Below, piece after piece: positions 26,062 through 43,932 of a DNA stretch of 64,000 nt. The stretch is from the human T2T-CHM13v2.0 reference genome, Homo sapiens: NCBI RefSeq assembly GCF_009914755.1, contig NC_060933.1; one strand, given 5' to 3'. The position numbers and the translations under genes are program-made. A model generated the notes under the pieces. It ran no database searches. It was not told where the DNA came from and saw only the letters and a program-made list of their open reading frames with translations. The number at the start of each line of letters is the position of its first letter. Positions within the stretch are counted from its first letter, which is position 1.

Positions 26062-27073
26062 TTTTTTTTAATGTTTAATTTTTGTGAGTATGTAGTAAGT
26101 GTACATATTTAAGGGCTACATGAGATGTTTTGATACAGTCATGCAATGTGTAATAATCATCATGGAAGATGGGGTGTCTATTCCCTCAAGCATTTATACT
26201 TTGTGATACAAACAATCCAATTATACTCTTTTATTTTTAAATGAACTGTTAAATTATTATCAACTATAGTCACCCTGCTGTGCTATCAAATACTAGGCCT
26301 TATTCATTTATTCCAACTATATTTTGTACCCATTAACCACCCCACTTCCCCCTATGCCCTCCACTACCCTTTCCAGCCTCTGGTAACAATCCTTCTACTC
26401 CAGGCTTGTCCTACCCATGGCCTGCAGGCCACATGAGGCCCAGGACTGCTTTGAATATGGTCCCACACAAATTTTGTAAATTTTCTTAAAAGATTGAGTT
26501 ATTTTTGCATTTTCTTTAGCTCATTAGCTATTGTTAGTGTTAGTGTATTATACGTGTGGCTCAAGACAATTCATCTTCCAGTGTGGCCCAGGGAAACCAG
26601 AAGATTGGACACCCCTGTGCTACTCTCTATCTCCACAGGTTTAATTGCTTTTGAGATTTATATCTCACAGATAAGTGAGAACATGCCATATTTGTCTTTC
26701 TGGGCCTGGCTTATTTCACTTAACACAATGACCTCTAGTTCCATCCATGTTGTTGCAAATGACTGAATCTCATTCTTTTTTTATCACTGAATAGTATTCC
26801 ATTGTATATTAGTACCACATTTTCTCTAGTCGTTCATCTGTTGATAGGCACTGAGTTTGCTCCCAAATCTTGGCTATCTATTGTGAAAAGAGATGCAACA
26901 AACATGAGAGTGTAGATATCTCTTTGATATGTTAATTTCCTTTATTTGGGGTATATACTTACCAGTGGGATTACTGGATCATATAACTCTATTTTTAGTT
27001 TTTTGAAAAACCTCCAAACTGTTCTCCATAGTGGTTGCTAATTTATACACTCACCAACAGTGTACGAGGGTTC
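26062..27073 (-). mobile_element. L1MA (L1MA1-3-like) 3' end inserted in Tigger1
   Basis: Antisense L1MA 3' UTR beginning with a T-run; TSD tcaa(t/a)ggaaaa at 26051-26061 and 27074-27084. Confidence 0.88.
26401..26617 (-). mobile_element. MER30 (hAT-Charlie) inserted in the L1MA
   Basis: caggcttgtcc...gattggacacccctg termini; 8-bp TSD ttctactc/tgctactc. Confidence 0.88.
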
Positions 27074-28723
27074 TCAAAGGAAAAATGATTCAAAGAAATT
27101 AAAAGTGCTACTTCAGTGAACACACAAATGGTTAAAAAAAAAAAAAAAAAAAAAAAACCAAACAGCCTTATTGCTGAGATAAAGTTAGAGTGGTCTGTAT
27201 AGAAGATCAAACCAACATAACATTTCCTTAAGCCAAAGCCTAATCCAGAACAAGGCCCTAACTCTGTTTAATTCCATAAAGCCTGAGAGAGGTGAGAAAG
27301 CTGCAGAAGAAAAACTGGATGTTAGCAGAGATTGGTTCAGGAGGTTTAAGGAAAGAAGCTGTCTCCATAGCATAAAAGCTCAAGATGAAGCATTAAGTGC
27401 TGATGGAGAAGCTGCAGAAAATTATCCAGAAAATCTCGCTAAGCTCACTGATGAAGATGGCTACACTAAACAACAGATTTTCAATATGGACAAAACAGCA
27501 TTCTATTGGAAGAAGATAGCATGCCATCTAAGACTTTCATAATTACAGAGAAGTCAATCCCTGGCTTCAAAGTCTCGATGGACAGGCTGATTCTCTTGTT
27601 AAGAATGAATGCAGCTGGCAACGTTAAGTTGAAGCCTATGCCCATTTACCACTCTGAAAATCCTGGGACTCTTAAGAATTATGCTACGACTGCTTTGCCT
27701 GTGCTCTATCAATAAAATAATGGAACCTAGATGGCAAAGCCTACTATTGAGAACTGCTGCTCAGAGAAAAAAAAAATTATGTTAAAATATTACCACTAAT
27801 TGACTCATTGACAATGTACCTTCTCAACCAAGAACTCTGATGTACAGAGATGTACAAGGAGATTAATGTAATTTTCTTGCCTACTAACACAATATCCATT
27901 CTTTAGCCCATGGATCAAGGAGTAATTTCAACTTTTAAATCTTACTATTTATGAAATACATTTTGTAAGGCTATAGTTGCCATAGATTGTGATTCCACTG
28001 ATGGATCTGGGCAAAGTAAATGGGATACCTTCTGTAAAGACTGTACCGTTCCAGATGCCATTAAGAACACCCATGATTCATGGGAGGAGGTCAAAATACT
28101 AACATTAATGGGAATTTGGAAGAAGTTGGTTCCAACCCTCATGGATGACTTTGAGGGGTTCAAGGCTTCAATTGAGGAAATCACTGCAGATGTGGTGGAA
28201 ATAGCAGGAGAACTAGAATAGAAGTCGAGTCTAAAGATGTGACTGAATGACTACAACTCATGATCAAACTTGAACAAATAAGGAGTTGCTTCTTACAGAT
28301 GAGCAAAGAAAGTGGTTTATTAAAATGGAAACTGCTTCTGGTGAAGATACTGTGAACATTGTTGAAATGAAACACAGGATTTAGAATATCATATAAACTT
28401 AGTTGATAGAGCAGGGGCAGGGTTTGAGAGGATTAATTTCAGTTTTGGAAGAAATTCTACCATAGGTAAAACACTATTAAACAGCATCACACGCTACAGA
28501 GAAATCTTTTGTGAAAAGAAGAGTCACTCAATGAGGCAAACTTCATTGTTGTCTTATTTTCAAAATTGCCACAGCCACCCCAACTTTAAATAACCACCAC
28601 CCTGATCAGTCAGCAGCCATCAACATCAAGGCAAGACCCTCCACCAGCAAAGATTGTCACTCACTGAAGGCTCAGATGATCGTTCACATTTTTACTGATA
28701 AAATATTTTAAAAATAAGGCATG

Positions 28724-28957
28724 TGTAGTCCCAGCACTTTGGGAGGCTAAGGCAGGTGGATCACTTGAGATTAGGAGTTCTAGGCCAGCCTGGCCAACAT
28801 GGTAAAACCTCGTCTCTACTAAAAACACGAAAATTAGCTGAGCATGGTGGTGCATGCCTGGAATCCCAGCTACTTGGGAGGCTGAGGCACAAGAATTACT
28901 TGAACCTGGGAGGTGGAGGTTGCAATGAGCTGATATGGTCTCAAAAAAATTAAAAAA
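28724..28957 (+). mobile_element. AluS, 5'-truncated with 3' internal deletion, inserted in Tigger1
   Basis: Starts 'tgtagtcccagcactttggg'; lacks the 'ccactgcactccagcctggg' block; TSD aaaaataaggcatg (28710-28723, 28958-28971). Confidence 0.92.
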
Positions 28958-29854
28958 AAAAATAAGGCATGCACTTTGTTTTTGGGTATAACACTATTGC
29001 ACATTTAATTGACTATAGTATAGTGTAAACATAACTTTTATGTGCCTGCGGAAAACAAAAAAATTGTGTGACTCATGTTATTGCAATATTGGCTTTATTG
29101 TGGTGATCTGGAACCAAACCTACAATATCTTTGAGGTGTGCCTGTATTGAGTCTTTTACTCTTCAACATTCAGCAGGGCATACTGAGCCTAGGAATCGCT
29201 CTTTAGGCCCAGCTCCTGTTGGGTTGCCTGGTGAAGTATAAACAGTTCTTTCTAGCCCTCCAACTCCTCAACATGTACCCAAAGTTAAGTCATGAGAAAT
29301 AATATTCAGGAAGCATTTCCTGAAAGACACAGGATTCATCATTTTAGCCCTGCTCTAACCCAGCACAGTGGAGTTTGAATAGTTGGGCCCCTCTAGAATT
29401 ACTATGTTTCCTAAATTTAATTTTATGGCCTAAAATTTTATTTTATGGCCACCAAGTATGGCAACAGGGTACAATTCCACTGTGCCCCTTCACACGGACA
29501 AAGATGTGAATAGTGTCCTTTGGAGCTGTTCAACAGGTAGTCCTGTCTATAGAATGGTTCCATGAACATCAGCCTAGAATTTACTAGAAAGGTTATGAGC
29601 CTGTCTCTTATTCCTTCATTCTGTATAAGGATTCACAAAAGAGAACTCCCTCAGGCTTCAATGCCTGGAGCAATGTGCTTTTCCAGATTAGTTGTTATAC
29701 CTCCAGGGCACAATGTAACATCTGTTTGACATTTTTGTATAGTTTTTTTTTTTGGAAATTCAGAGAAAGTTCTATATAGACTTTCAATAATTACAAAATT
29801 ACATGGCATACATTTGTTATATTATTATTCCCTTTAATTATTCCTTTATCTTGA

Positions 29855-29906
29855 TAAACTCATTTTCATCTTTTAAAAAATAAACTCATTTTCATCTTTT
29901 AAAAAA
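29855..29906. repeat. Perfect 26-bp tandem duplication
   Basis: taaactcattttcatcttttaaaaaa x2. Confidence 0.9.
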
Positions 29907-30518
29907 GTTAAAAAATTATTTAGCCTTCTCATATTCTTTTGGAATAAGTTAAAAATAAAATAATGCATAAAAGTAAGGTGTTCATTAATTTTTAACTTAA
30001 AGCAGTATGTATTTTTTATATTACAGAAGCAACACATAATTATTATAGAGATATTAGATAACACTGATTATCTAAAGAGCATCAAAAGAGAAAATAGATG
30101 ATCAAAGATCATCAAAAAGAAGAAAGTAGAAAATACATATAATTCCAAACCCAGGTATTTACTATTTGGTAGCTTGTTTTTTCAACACATCAAGAGAGAA
30201 AATGCATTTTCCATGTTCTTTTGATGTGTACATAGTATATCTGTTGATTAATTTTTGAGTAGTATATTGTATTCTATTGCATGTATATACCTAAGTATAA
30301 TTAATTGTCTATTAATTTGGGGCCTTCAAAATGTTTCATAATGTTCACTGTTATATACAGTATTACAATGAACATCTTCGAAGCTAAATCTTTAAAAATA
30401 TTCTCAATAGTTTCATTTTAATAAGCTAGATTAATTTTAAAAGTATTAAAATAATTATAGATCTGATACCAATGAAGATCAACTCAATCAAGTCAGTCTC
30501 TCTCTCTCCCGCCCCTGC

Positions 30519-30828
<310 letters not shown>

Positions 30829-33800
30829 AATGTCTCTACATCCATCTCTTTGATTTTACTCTTGACCAGTATTTCTCAAACGTCCTTTTACTTGAAGAAA
30901 AAAAATTTATGACTTCAATCCTTCTAAGTCACTTTTTGAATCATACAGCTTCTTATATATTTACAAATATAAAAGCAGGAATGAATCCATATGCTACAGA
31001 TATTGGTGAGTTGCAGTTGTGGTCTCTGAAAGGTGGTATCCATGTAGTCACATTTTTCAAAATAAATAAAAGATCTGCTGAGTTTGATGAGGTTTAAAAA
31101 GGTATGAGTCCTATCCAGGACTATGATTTAGTCCTCACACATAGTCTACTAGCCCTTATAACCTTTTAAAAAATGTATGATTAATAAAACATTTTTCATT
31201 GACTTATTCCTGGAGCTTTGCTTCCATTGAGACCACCTGGGGCTTGGAGCACCCAGATTCTCTAGTGAGCTGATCTGAATGCTATGCCTTCAAATTGCCT
31301 ACCTGAAGCCTCCACCCCTTCCTCAACTAAAGGATGAAAATCGAAGCCAGAAGTTCAAAATATACCTCTGATTTTGAAGAGGCTGTTGGGATTCTTAAAT
31401 AACAACAAAAAGTAGTTTGGTGCTCTTCTCTGCACATGCTACAGTAAGCCTTTAGGGGAATGTTCTGAGAGTGATTACTGTCGTGGTAAGCAATGGTTTT
31501 TGTAGGTGCTGGTTTGTGAGGTGATTACTTGGGCTTAATCTCTTTCTCATGGGTAAATGTGAAGCCTCTCCAGTTCACATTTGTTATTCAGGCAGAAATC
31601 AACTGAAATTTGTCTATAAGAAGATATTGGGCTGGCCCCTGTTTTGCCTCTTAGCGCCCTTCCTTACCTATCCTACATGCAAGCTCCCCACTGGGAAAAG
31701 GCAGCTTCCTCCATGGGATCTGTCTTGTATCTTGTCTCCATATTGTTGCTGGGAAACCTCTTCTTGAAGTCAAGTGATAAAGTTGCACTTCTGTTTCCAA
31801 TGGCGCCCGTCCAGCCCGAAGTGAGACTGGCTGCTTTGTGAGAGCTTCTCAACTGGGTCGCCAAGCACAGTAGTGCAGCTGGAAAGTGTTTTCTCACTGT
31901 TGTGCCCCAAGACTGCGGTTAGTTTCAAATTCCTATGAATGTGACTAAAAAATGTTTGTGTTTTAGCCACAATCACTAACAAATTACACTCAGCTATTCA
32001 ACGCACAGACCAAAAGAGAGCCTGACCCCATTATCAAAACTCAAACCCAGATGGTGAGGAGTCCCAGCCTAATGAGGGCCTCTCAGTCATTTCAAACAAA
32101 TTTCTTGTCAATCATGCCACATTGCATATGGGGGTCTTCTTTCAAAGACATCCAAGTTTGAGGACTCAGAGGCTTTCCACGGCTAAGCAATGCCTTCCTC
32201 CTAAAATTACTCATTTTTCAAGAGCTTTGAGAAAATCCTCTTCTCTCCTTTTCCTCCCTTCCTTCCCTAAAAAGAAAAAAAAAATCTATCCTGTCTACAC
32301 TAGACAACTTTATCAGACTCAAATATCAAAATTGGAGCAGCCAGAAAGTCTGAACTACATTCTTGGCTCACTCATCAGGGAAAGAAAAAAACAAAATGAA
32401 CTCAGAAGAAAAAGAAAGACAATATCAAAAAGCTTTATTGAATAGTCTTCTGAATGTAAAATAAATTTACCAGAAACTGTAATTCCAGGATCCAATGCTC
32501 ACTTTGATTGCAATAAAGAGTTAGAAAGAAAACCACACTGTTGTCTGGAACTTGACAAAGGTACAAAGAGAATCCCCTGTTTTTCCATCTTTCTAGATGA
32601 GATGCAGAATTTTGCCCTCTGCCCAAAAGGCTTTGGCCTTACAGGTCTGTCTTGACCCTGTGTTTGCTCCTGTTCCATTTGGTTCTTTCCTTACTCTCAG
32701 TGAATCAAAGCCTGACCTCTCCTTGGCTTTTTCTCCTTTCTCAATACTCCATGCACGCTTCTCTGACTATGAAGTGTCGCCCCTGATGTTCTCTCTGGCA
32801 TCTCTTGCAGGCTGCCATGCTTAGTGGTAAATTCCCTCCCCTGGAGAGGCAGTCACAGCTGTGTGTCCTACGAAAGGACTGAGCTGCTTGCTGCGTGCAA
32901 AGTAGAAGAAAACCAGTGTAAATCGCAGTCCTAATTGCCCATATGGGAGATTTGCAAAGAAGGAAGTGAGTACAATGAAAGAGCAGGGCAAGTCGTAAGC
33001 AGAAGGCTGAGACCGGAGTGCTGAGGGAAAAGCAGCCACCATATCAAGAAGTTCAGAAATTGTTTCTGCTACTGCTGCTGAGGATTCAAAGAGGGTTTTA
33101 GAATAAAACAAAGTCCGCTGGTGTGAGGACTGAACTCCATTTTCTGTGTGAGTCTGAGTAAAGAGAAAGATAAACAGAACCTTTCACCGATAGGCATATT
33201 TTAGAGTTCAAGTGTGACATGATGTGTCCAAAATAGATTCCACATGATTGGAGCAGATCCAGAATCCCAGTCCCTGAATAGCAATCAGTGTTGGAAGCTA
33301 AGAGCCGGCATCCACTATCATCACATGAAACATGGAAGAAACGGCAAATCCTATACAGCTGTTAGTGAGTAAGGACAAGCCATACATGGAGCTGTATGCT
33401 ATGGGCACATTTTCTTAAATTACACAGCTTATTTTAAATTGAGGGTCTATTTGACTTTTTACATGTCTTTTAATGAATACCCAGACTTTACAAAACTTTC
33501 TTTTCATGAATTTTCCTTTCAAAGAAGGAGAGTTATGCTCTTTGCAATATTCAATCCAGGCAGAACTAATGACCCAAGGGCTTCATGCTAGTTTATTTTC
33601 ATAAAAAGCTCCCCTTAATTTGAAATCACATAGGGTTCCAAGAATCTCAGAAGACAGAGGCCAAAAGTCCAGGGCCCTATATGACTTCGTCATGAAGAAG
33701 GCTGAGAGATGGTGGGAAGCTTCACTTTCAGGACCAGGTAGACTGTCCTATGTGGTCTGTCACTCTCTGACAATTTTCAAATAGGAGAAGAGGGGAGGAA

Positions 33801-34048
33801 AAATTGAAGAAGAAAGGAGGCAGGGAGTGAGAAAAAGAAGAGGAAAGAGAAAATGAGGCACTAGAAGAGAGATGAGGTTCATGGGACTCAGACATTTTCT
33901 CTTCTATTTAAGGACAACTATTTTCCTTTAAAATAGTCACCAGAAGGCCTTCAAGATCAGTCCCTCCCATGTGGCTAATGTTTAGAACATTTAAGAAATC
34001 TTTAAAACTTTTATAATTTGAGAGGGTCAGTTGTAGGTCATTTTCCAG

Positions 34049-34070
34049 CACACACACACACACACACACA
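34049..34070. repeat. (CA)11 microsatellite
   Basis: Direct reading. Confidence 0.9.
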
Positions 34071-34435
34071 AATCTAAAGGGCTCTTGTTGCTAAATGCAT
34101 GTTTGTGAGAGATTGTCAATCAATGAACGATCCCTTGTGCCATGTTTTTTGGAGCCATACTACTATCAAAGTAAGAAAAGTAGCAATAAATGAAGAATCA
34201 AGCACTTATGGAGAAATGGCTGGTACAGCCATGTGCTACAACTGTACTCATACTGGCTAGGAAGTCAGCATCTGACCTCAAACCAAAATGATAGGAATTA
34301 GACAACTGGATCTTTCCTTTTGTGTTAACTTTCCCTTCATTACTTCAGTGTCCCCATATGTATTTGAAATTCTGTGACTGCTACTTTAGCACATCATGGA
34401 CTGTTTGTGTTTACAGATATTTCTCTTTGGTTATA

Positions 34436-34659
34436 CAATTGCCCCTTAAACAACACAGGTTTGAACCATGCCAGTCCACTTATATTGTTTGTTTGTTATT
34501 TTTCAACCAAATGCTAGATGGAAAAGATACAGTATTCATGAAACCTGCCTATGTAGATGCAAGTTCCACAGGGCTGACTGTGGGACTTGAGCATGCACAG
34601 ATTTCGATATACAAGGGCAGTCCTGGAAGGAATCCCCCATGTATACTGAGGGACCACTT
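34436..34659 (+). mobile_element. MER8-like Tigger-family MITE
   Basis: TA|caattgccccttaaacaacacaggtttgaac...gtatactgagggaccactt|TA. Confidence 0.8.
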
Positions 34660-35264
34660 TATTAACCTCAATTGTCCTTTAGTATCTTAAAAATAGATCA
34701 AAGCAGAGGTTGGCAGTTTAGAATGTCTACAGGTTATTACTAAAATAGAGTGAAAAATAGAGGGAAAAAATGACAAGGCTCCTTCTCTCTTCATATGATG
34801 GTATGAATGATGCAAATCTTAACAACACAAAGAAAGAGTCCTTCCAGAAAGATTTCTGATGACTTTGGAGCTTTACTTTTTTCATTATACTTTGCAGTGC
34901 CTGCAAGTACTATAAGATATTTGTTTAAAGAGAGGCTTGTGATGGCCTGCTAGAGTTTAATTACTAAGGTTACAAACAAATAAAGCTTTAGTGTATTGTA
35001 AAGCATCGATTCATGGTTTTCACAAATACCATGAAATTACATAATCAGAAAGCTTAGAGCCCAAAGCAACCTTTAAGGATCACCTGGTCTTGTCTCATAG
35101 CTTCAGAGAAATCAGGTATTATTTATGTTTGGTAGATAAAGCACCTGAACTTCAAAAAGGCATAGCGTCTTGCTCAATCTCACCCAGTTAGTTTAGGGAA
35201 TTTGACCTCTTCTCTTTTGCTGCTAATACAATTCTTTGTATGGAATGAAAGTCCAGCCAACCTT

Positions 35265-35440
35265 AAATCCATAGAGATAGAAAACATATTAGCAGTGTGC
35301 AGAGGTGAGAAAACTGTTCCAGAACTAGATACTGGTGGTAGTTGCCTAACATTTGGAATGTACTAAATGCTGCTCAACTGTTCACTTCAAATGGTTAAAA
35401 TGGTGATTTTATGTGAATTTTACCTTAATTAAAAAACAAA
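35265..35440 (+). mobile_element. L1MB-like 3' end fragment
   Basis: 'aaatccatagagatagaaa...gaatgtactaaatgc...ttcacttcaaatggttaaaatggtg...aattaaaaaa'. Confidence 0.7.
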
Positions 35441-36227
35441 ATCAAGAATAACGTATTGCTGTTCACCGTTCATCTTTCTGTCTCCTCTACTTCCTGTCAA
35501 GTTCTTTGAGTTCAAGAACTGTGCCTTATGTCACTTTGGCCCTCTAACACCTGGCACCATGTTTGAGAAAGTCTGCTGGACCTCTTCCCCCAAAATCCAA
35601 CCAGCCACAATAATAAGTATCCTCACACATAGCAAAACCCTTTTTATTGCTGAGTTTATGACATTGCCATAATTTTTTGTCCAGTTTGCCTTACTCCACT
35701 GTTGAGTCAGATAAGATTATCTGAGACCTGACTGGAGTTAGCTCACCTCCAAGAGCGTAAATAAAAGAACATATGGTTCGTTGATAGGACCAGCAGTGCC
35801 AAGGATAGTGGCCTGCATGAAGTAGATTCTTATTAAATATTTGTCTTAGGGGTGAGGGATGAATCCCCTGGGATCACCAGGAGCTAGAAAGGGATATTTT
35901 TTCACAAGAGTACAACCCAGTTTAGGTCCATGAAAACATCAGGTTTGAAGGTCCTATCCCTGTTAGGTCATTTAGACCCCTGCTTATGAGGTAGCCCACA
36001 GGCACTATACCAGTCCCATAACCACTAACACTTACCAGAGAAATAAGGTTGCCAAAGCTCAGTCCTATATATTAATACCATCTCAGACAGTGGAGAAAGA
36101 CATGCATTTGTTGTTTCAATATATATCTGTTCCTCACTATCAATGTTAATCTTCTCATGAAAACTGTCTCCAAATGGAAAGCTATTAATTCAAAAGAAAA
36201 AAAGTACTAATTGCAATGGAAAAAGAT

Positions 36228-36770
36228 ATAAATGGAATAATACAGTATGTGTCCTTCTGTGAGGGCTTATTTCTCTCAGCATAATACCCTCAAGATTCAT
36301 GATGTTGTCAAATATCGCAGAACTTTCTTCTTTTCAAAGGCTGAATGAGGCAGAGCACAGTGGCTCACTCCTGTAATCCCAGAACTTACAGAGGCCAAGA
36401 CACGTGGATCGCTTGAGGCCAGAAGTTTGAGACCAGCCTGGGCAACATGGTGAAACCCTGTCTCTACTAAAAATACAAAAATTAGCCAGGCTTGTTGCCA
36501 CATGCCTATAGTCACAGGTACTTGAGAGGCTGAGACAGAAGGATTGCTTGAACCCAGAGGCAGAGGTTGCAGTGAGCCAAGATTGCACCACTGTGCCACT
36601 GTACACTCCAGGCTAGGCAACAGAGTAAGACCCTGTCTCAAAAAGAAAAAAAAAGGTTGTATAATATTATACACACACACACACATACCTCACATATTTT
36701 CCTTATCCATTTATCTAACAGTGGACATTTAAGTTGTTTCCACTTCTTGTCTATTGTTAATACCACAATT
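36228..36770 (-). mobile_element. L1M 3' fragment interrupted by AluJ
   Basis: 'aatggaataatacagtatgtgtccttctgtg...aaggctgaat' then 'ttatccatttatc...ggacatttaagttgtttccac'. Confidence 0.7.
36349..36651 (+). mobile_element. AluJ (Jb-like)
   Basis: 'ggatcgcttgaggccagaagtttgagaccagcctgggcaac', 'aggattgcttgaaccc', 'gaccctgtctc'; degenerate TSD aaaggctgaat/aaaggttgtat. Confidence 0.92.
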
Positions 36771-37316
36771 AAAAAAAAAAAGACATTGTTATGGTTTGAT
36801 TTGTGTCCCCACCCAAATCTCATTTTGAATTGTAACTCCCACATTTCCCACATGTCATGGGAGGAATCCAGTGGGAGGTAACTGAATCATGAGGATGGGT
36901 CTTTCCCATGGTGTTCTCAGGAGAGTGAATAAGTCTCACGTGATCTGATGGTTTTAAAAATGGGAGTTTCCCTACAGAAGCTCTCTGCCTCCTGCCATCC
37001 ATGTAAGACCGTGACTCGTAGGGTCCAGCAAGATGGCTGAATAGGAACAGCTCCAGTCTGCAGCTCCCAGCGAGATCCACCTAGAAGGCAGGTGATTTCT
37101 GCACTTCCAACTGAGGTACGTGGTTCATCTCACTGGGACTGGTTGGACAGTGGGCAGAGACCATGGAGGGTGAGCTGAAGCAGGGTGGGGCGTTGCCTCA
37201 CCCAGGAAGTGCAAGGGGTCGGGGGATTTCCCTTTCCTAGCCAAGGGAAGCCTTGACAGTCTGTACCAAGAGGAATGATACACTCCTGCCCAGATACTGC
37301 ACTTTTCCCATAGTCT

Positions 37317-37460
37317 TCACAACCAGCAGACAAGGAGATTCCCTCGGGTGCCTGGCTCAGTGGGTCCCACATCCATTGGCTTGAAATCCTTGCTGCCAGC
37401 GCAGCAGTCTGAGATCAACCTGGGATGCTTGAGCTTGGTAGGGGGAGGGGTGTCGGCCAT
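37317..37460 (-). pseudogene. L1 antisense ORF0 homologue, 47 aa
   Basis: MADTPPPTKLKHPRLISDCCAGSKDFKPMDVGPTEPG aligns with L1 ORF0 MAGAPPP...LISDCCAS...VGPSEPG. Confidence 0.7.
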
Positions 37461-38151
37461 TACTGAGGCTTGAGTAGGCGGTTTTATGCTCACAGTGTAA
37501 ACAAAGCAACTGCAAAGTTCAAACTGGGAGGAGCCCACCACAGCTCAGCAAGGCTGACTGCCACTCTAGATTTCACCTCTGTGGGCAGGGCATCTCTGAA
37601 CAAAAGGCAGCCCCAGTCAGGGACTTATATATAAAACCCTCATCTCCCTGGGACAGAGCACCTGGGGGAAGGGGCAGCTGTGGGCACAGCTTCAGCAGAC
37701 TTAAACATCCCTGCCTGACAGCTTTGAAGAGAGCAGTGGTTCTCCCATCATGGCATTCAAGCACTGATAAAGGACAGACTGCCTCCTCAAGTGGGTCCCT
37801 GACCCCCGTGTAGCCTAACTGGGGGACACCTCCCAGTAGGGACCGACAGGCACCTCATACAGGAGAGCTCTAGCTGGCATCTGGCATGTGCCCCTCTGGG
37901 ACCAAGCTTCCAGAGAAAGGATCGGGCAGCAATAGTTGCTGTTCTGCAGCTTCTGCTGGTAATACCCAGGCAAACAGTGTCTGGAGTGTACCTCCAGCAA
38001 ACTCCAACAGACCTGCAGCTGAGGGGCCTGTTAGAAGGAAAACTAACAAACAGAAAGGAATAGCATCAACATCAACAAAAAGGACATAGACACCAAAACC
38101 CCATCCATAGGTCACCAACATCAAAGAACGAAGGTATACAAAACCACAAAG

Positions 38152-39167
38152 ATGGGGAAAAACCAGCTGAAAATTCCCAAAACCAGAATGCCTGTTCTCC
38201 TCCAAAGGATCACAACCCCTCGCCAGCAAGGGAACAAAACTGGACAGAGAATGAGTTTGGTGAATTGACTGAAGTAGGCTTCAGAAGGTGGGTAATAACA
38301 AACTCCTCTGAGCTAAAGGAGAATGTTCTAACTCAGTGCAAGGAAGCTAAGAACCTTGAAAAAGGGTTAGATGAATTGCTAACTAGAATATCCAGTGTAG
38401 AGAAGAACATAAATGACCTGATGGAGCTGAAACATGCAGCATGAGAACTTCATGAAGCATACTCAAGTTTCAATAGTCGATTGATCAAGCGAAAGAAAGG
38501 ACATCAGTGATTGAAGATCAACTTAATGAAATAAAGCGAGAAGACAAGATTAGAGAAAAAAGAGTGAAAAGAAATGAACAAAGCCTCCAAGAAATATGGG
38601 ACTATGTGAAAAGACCAAATCTACATTTGATTGGTATACCTGAAAGTGACAGGGAGAATGGAACCAAGTAGGAAAACACTCTTCAGGATTTTATCCGGGA
38701 GAACTTCCACAACCTAGCAAGGTAGACCAACATTCAAATTCAGGAAATACAGAGAACACCACAAAGATATTCCTCAAAAAGAGCCACCCCAAGATACATA
38801 ATCGTCAGATTCACCAAGGATGAATTGAAGGAAAAAATGTCGAGGGCAGCCAGAGAGAAAGTTCAGGTTACCCACCAAGAGAAGCCCATCAGGCTAACAG
38901 CGGATCTCTCAACAGAAACCCGACAAGCAAGAAGAGAATGGGGGCCAATATTCAACATTCTAAAAGAAAAGAATTTTCAACCCAGAATTTCATATCCAGC
39001 CCAACTAACTTTCATAAGTGAAGGAGAAATAAAATCCTTTACAGACAAGCAAATGCTGAGAGATTTTTATCACCACTAGGCTTGCCTTAGAAGAGTTCCT
39101 GAAGGAAGCACTAAACATGGAAAGGAACAACTGGTACCAGTCACTACTAAAACATGCCAAATTGTAA
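38152..39167 (+). pseudogene. L1 ORF1p, disrupted
   Basis: MGKNQ start; fragment ARREWGPIFNILKEKNFQPRISYPAQL; internal stops and frameshifts. Confidence 0.9.
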
Positions 39168-39230
39168 AGACCATTGACACTATGAAGAAACTGCATCAAC
39201 TAATGGCCAAAATAACCACCTAGCATCATA

Positions 39231-43932
<4,702 letters not shown>

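Larger units (their letters stand above)
25911..28560 (+). pseudogene. Tigger1 transposase, disrupted
   Basis: MSSKCSSERKNGTSFTSDQKLGMIRLSEEGM (CENP-B-like HTH start); MPSKTFI...[10 protein letters not shown]...[17 protein letters not shown] (DDE_1 region); many stops and frameshifts. Confidence 0.85.
25517..29144 (+). mobile_element. Full-length Tigger1 DNA transposon (pogo/Tc1-mariner), interrupted
   Basis: TA|caagcacacct...gaggtgtgcctg|TA termini; internal 'tacaaattgaaggtttg', 'ggcgccatttttccaacagc'. Confidence 0.93.
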
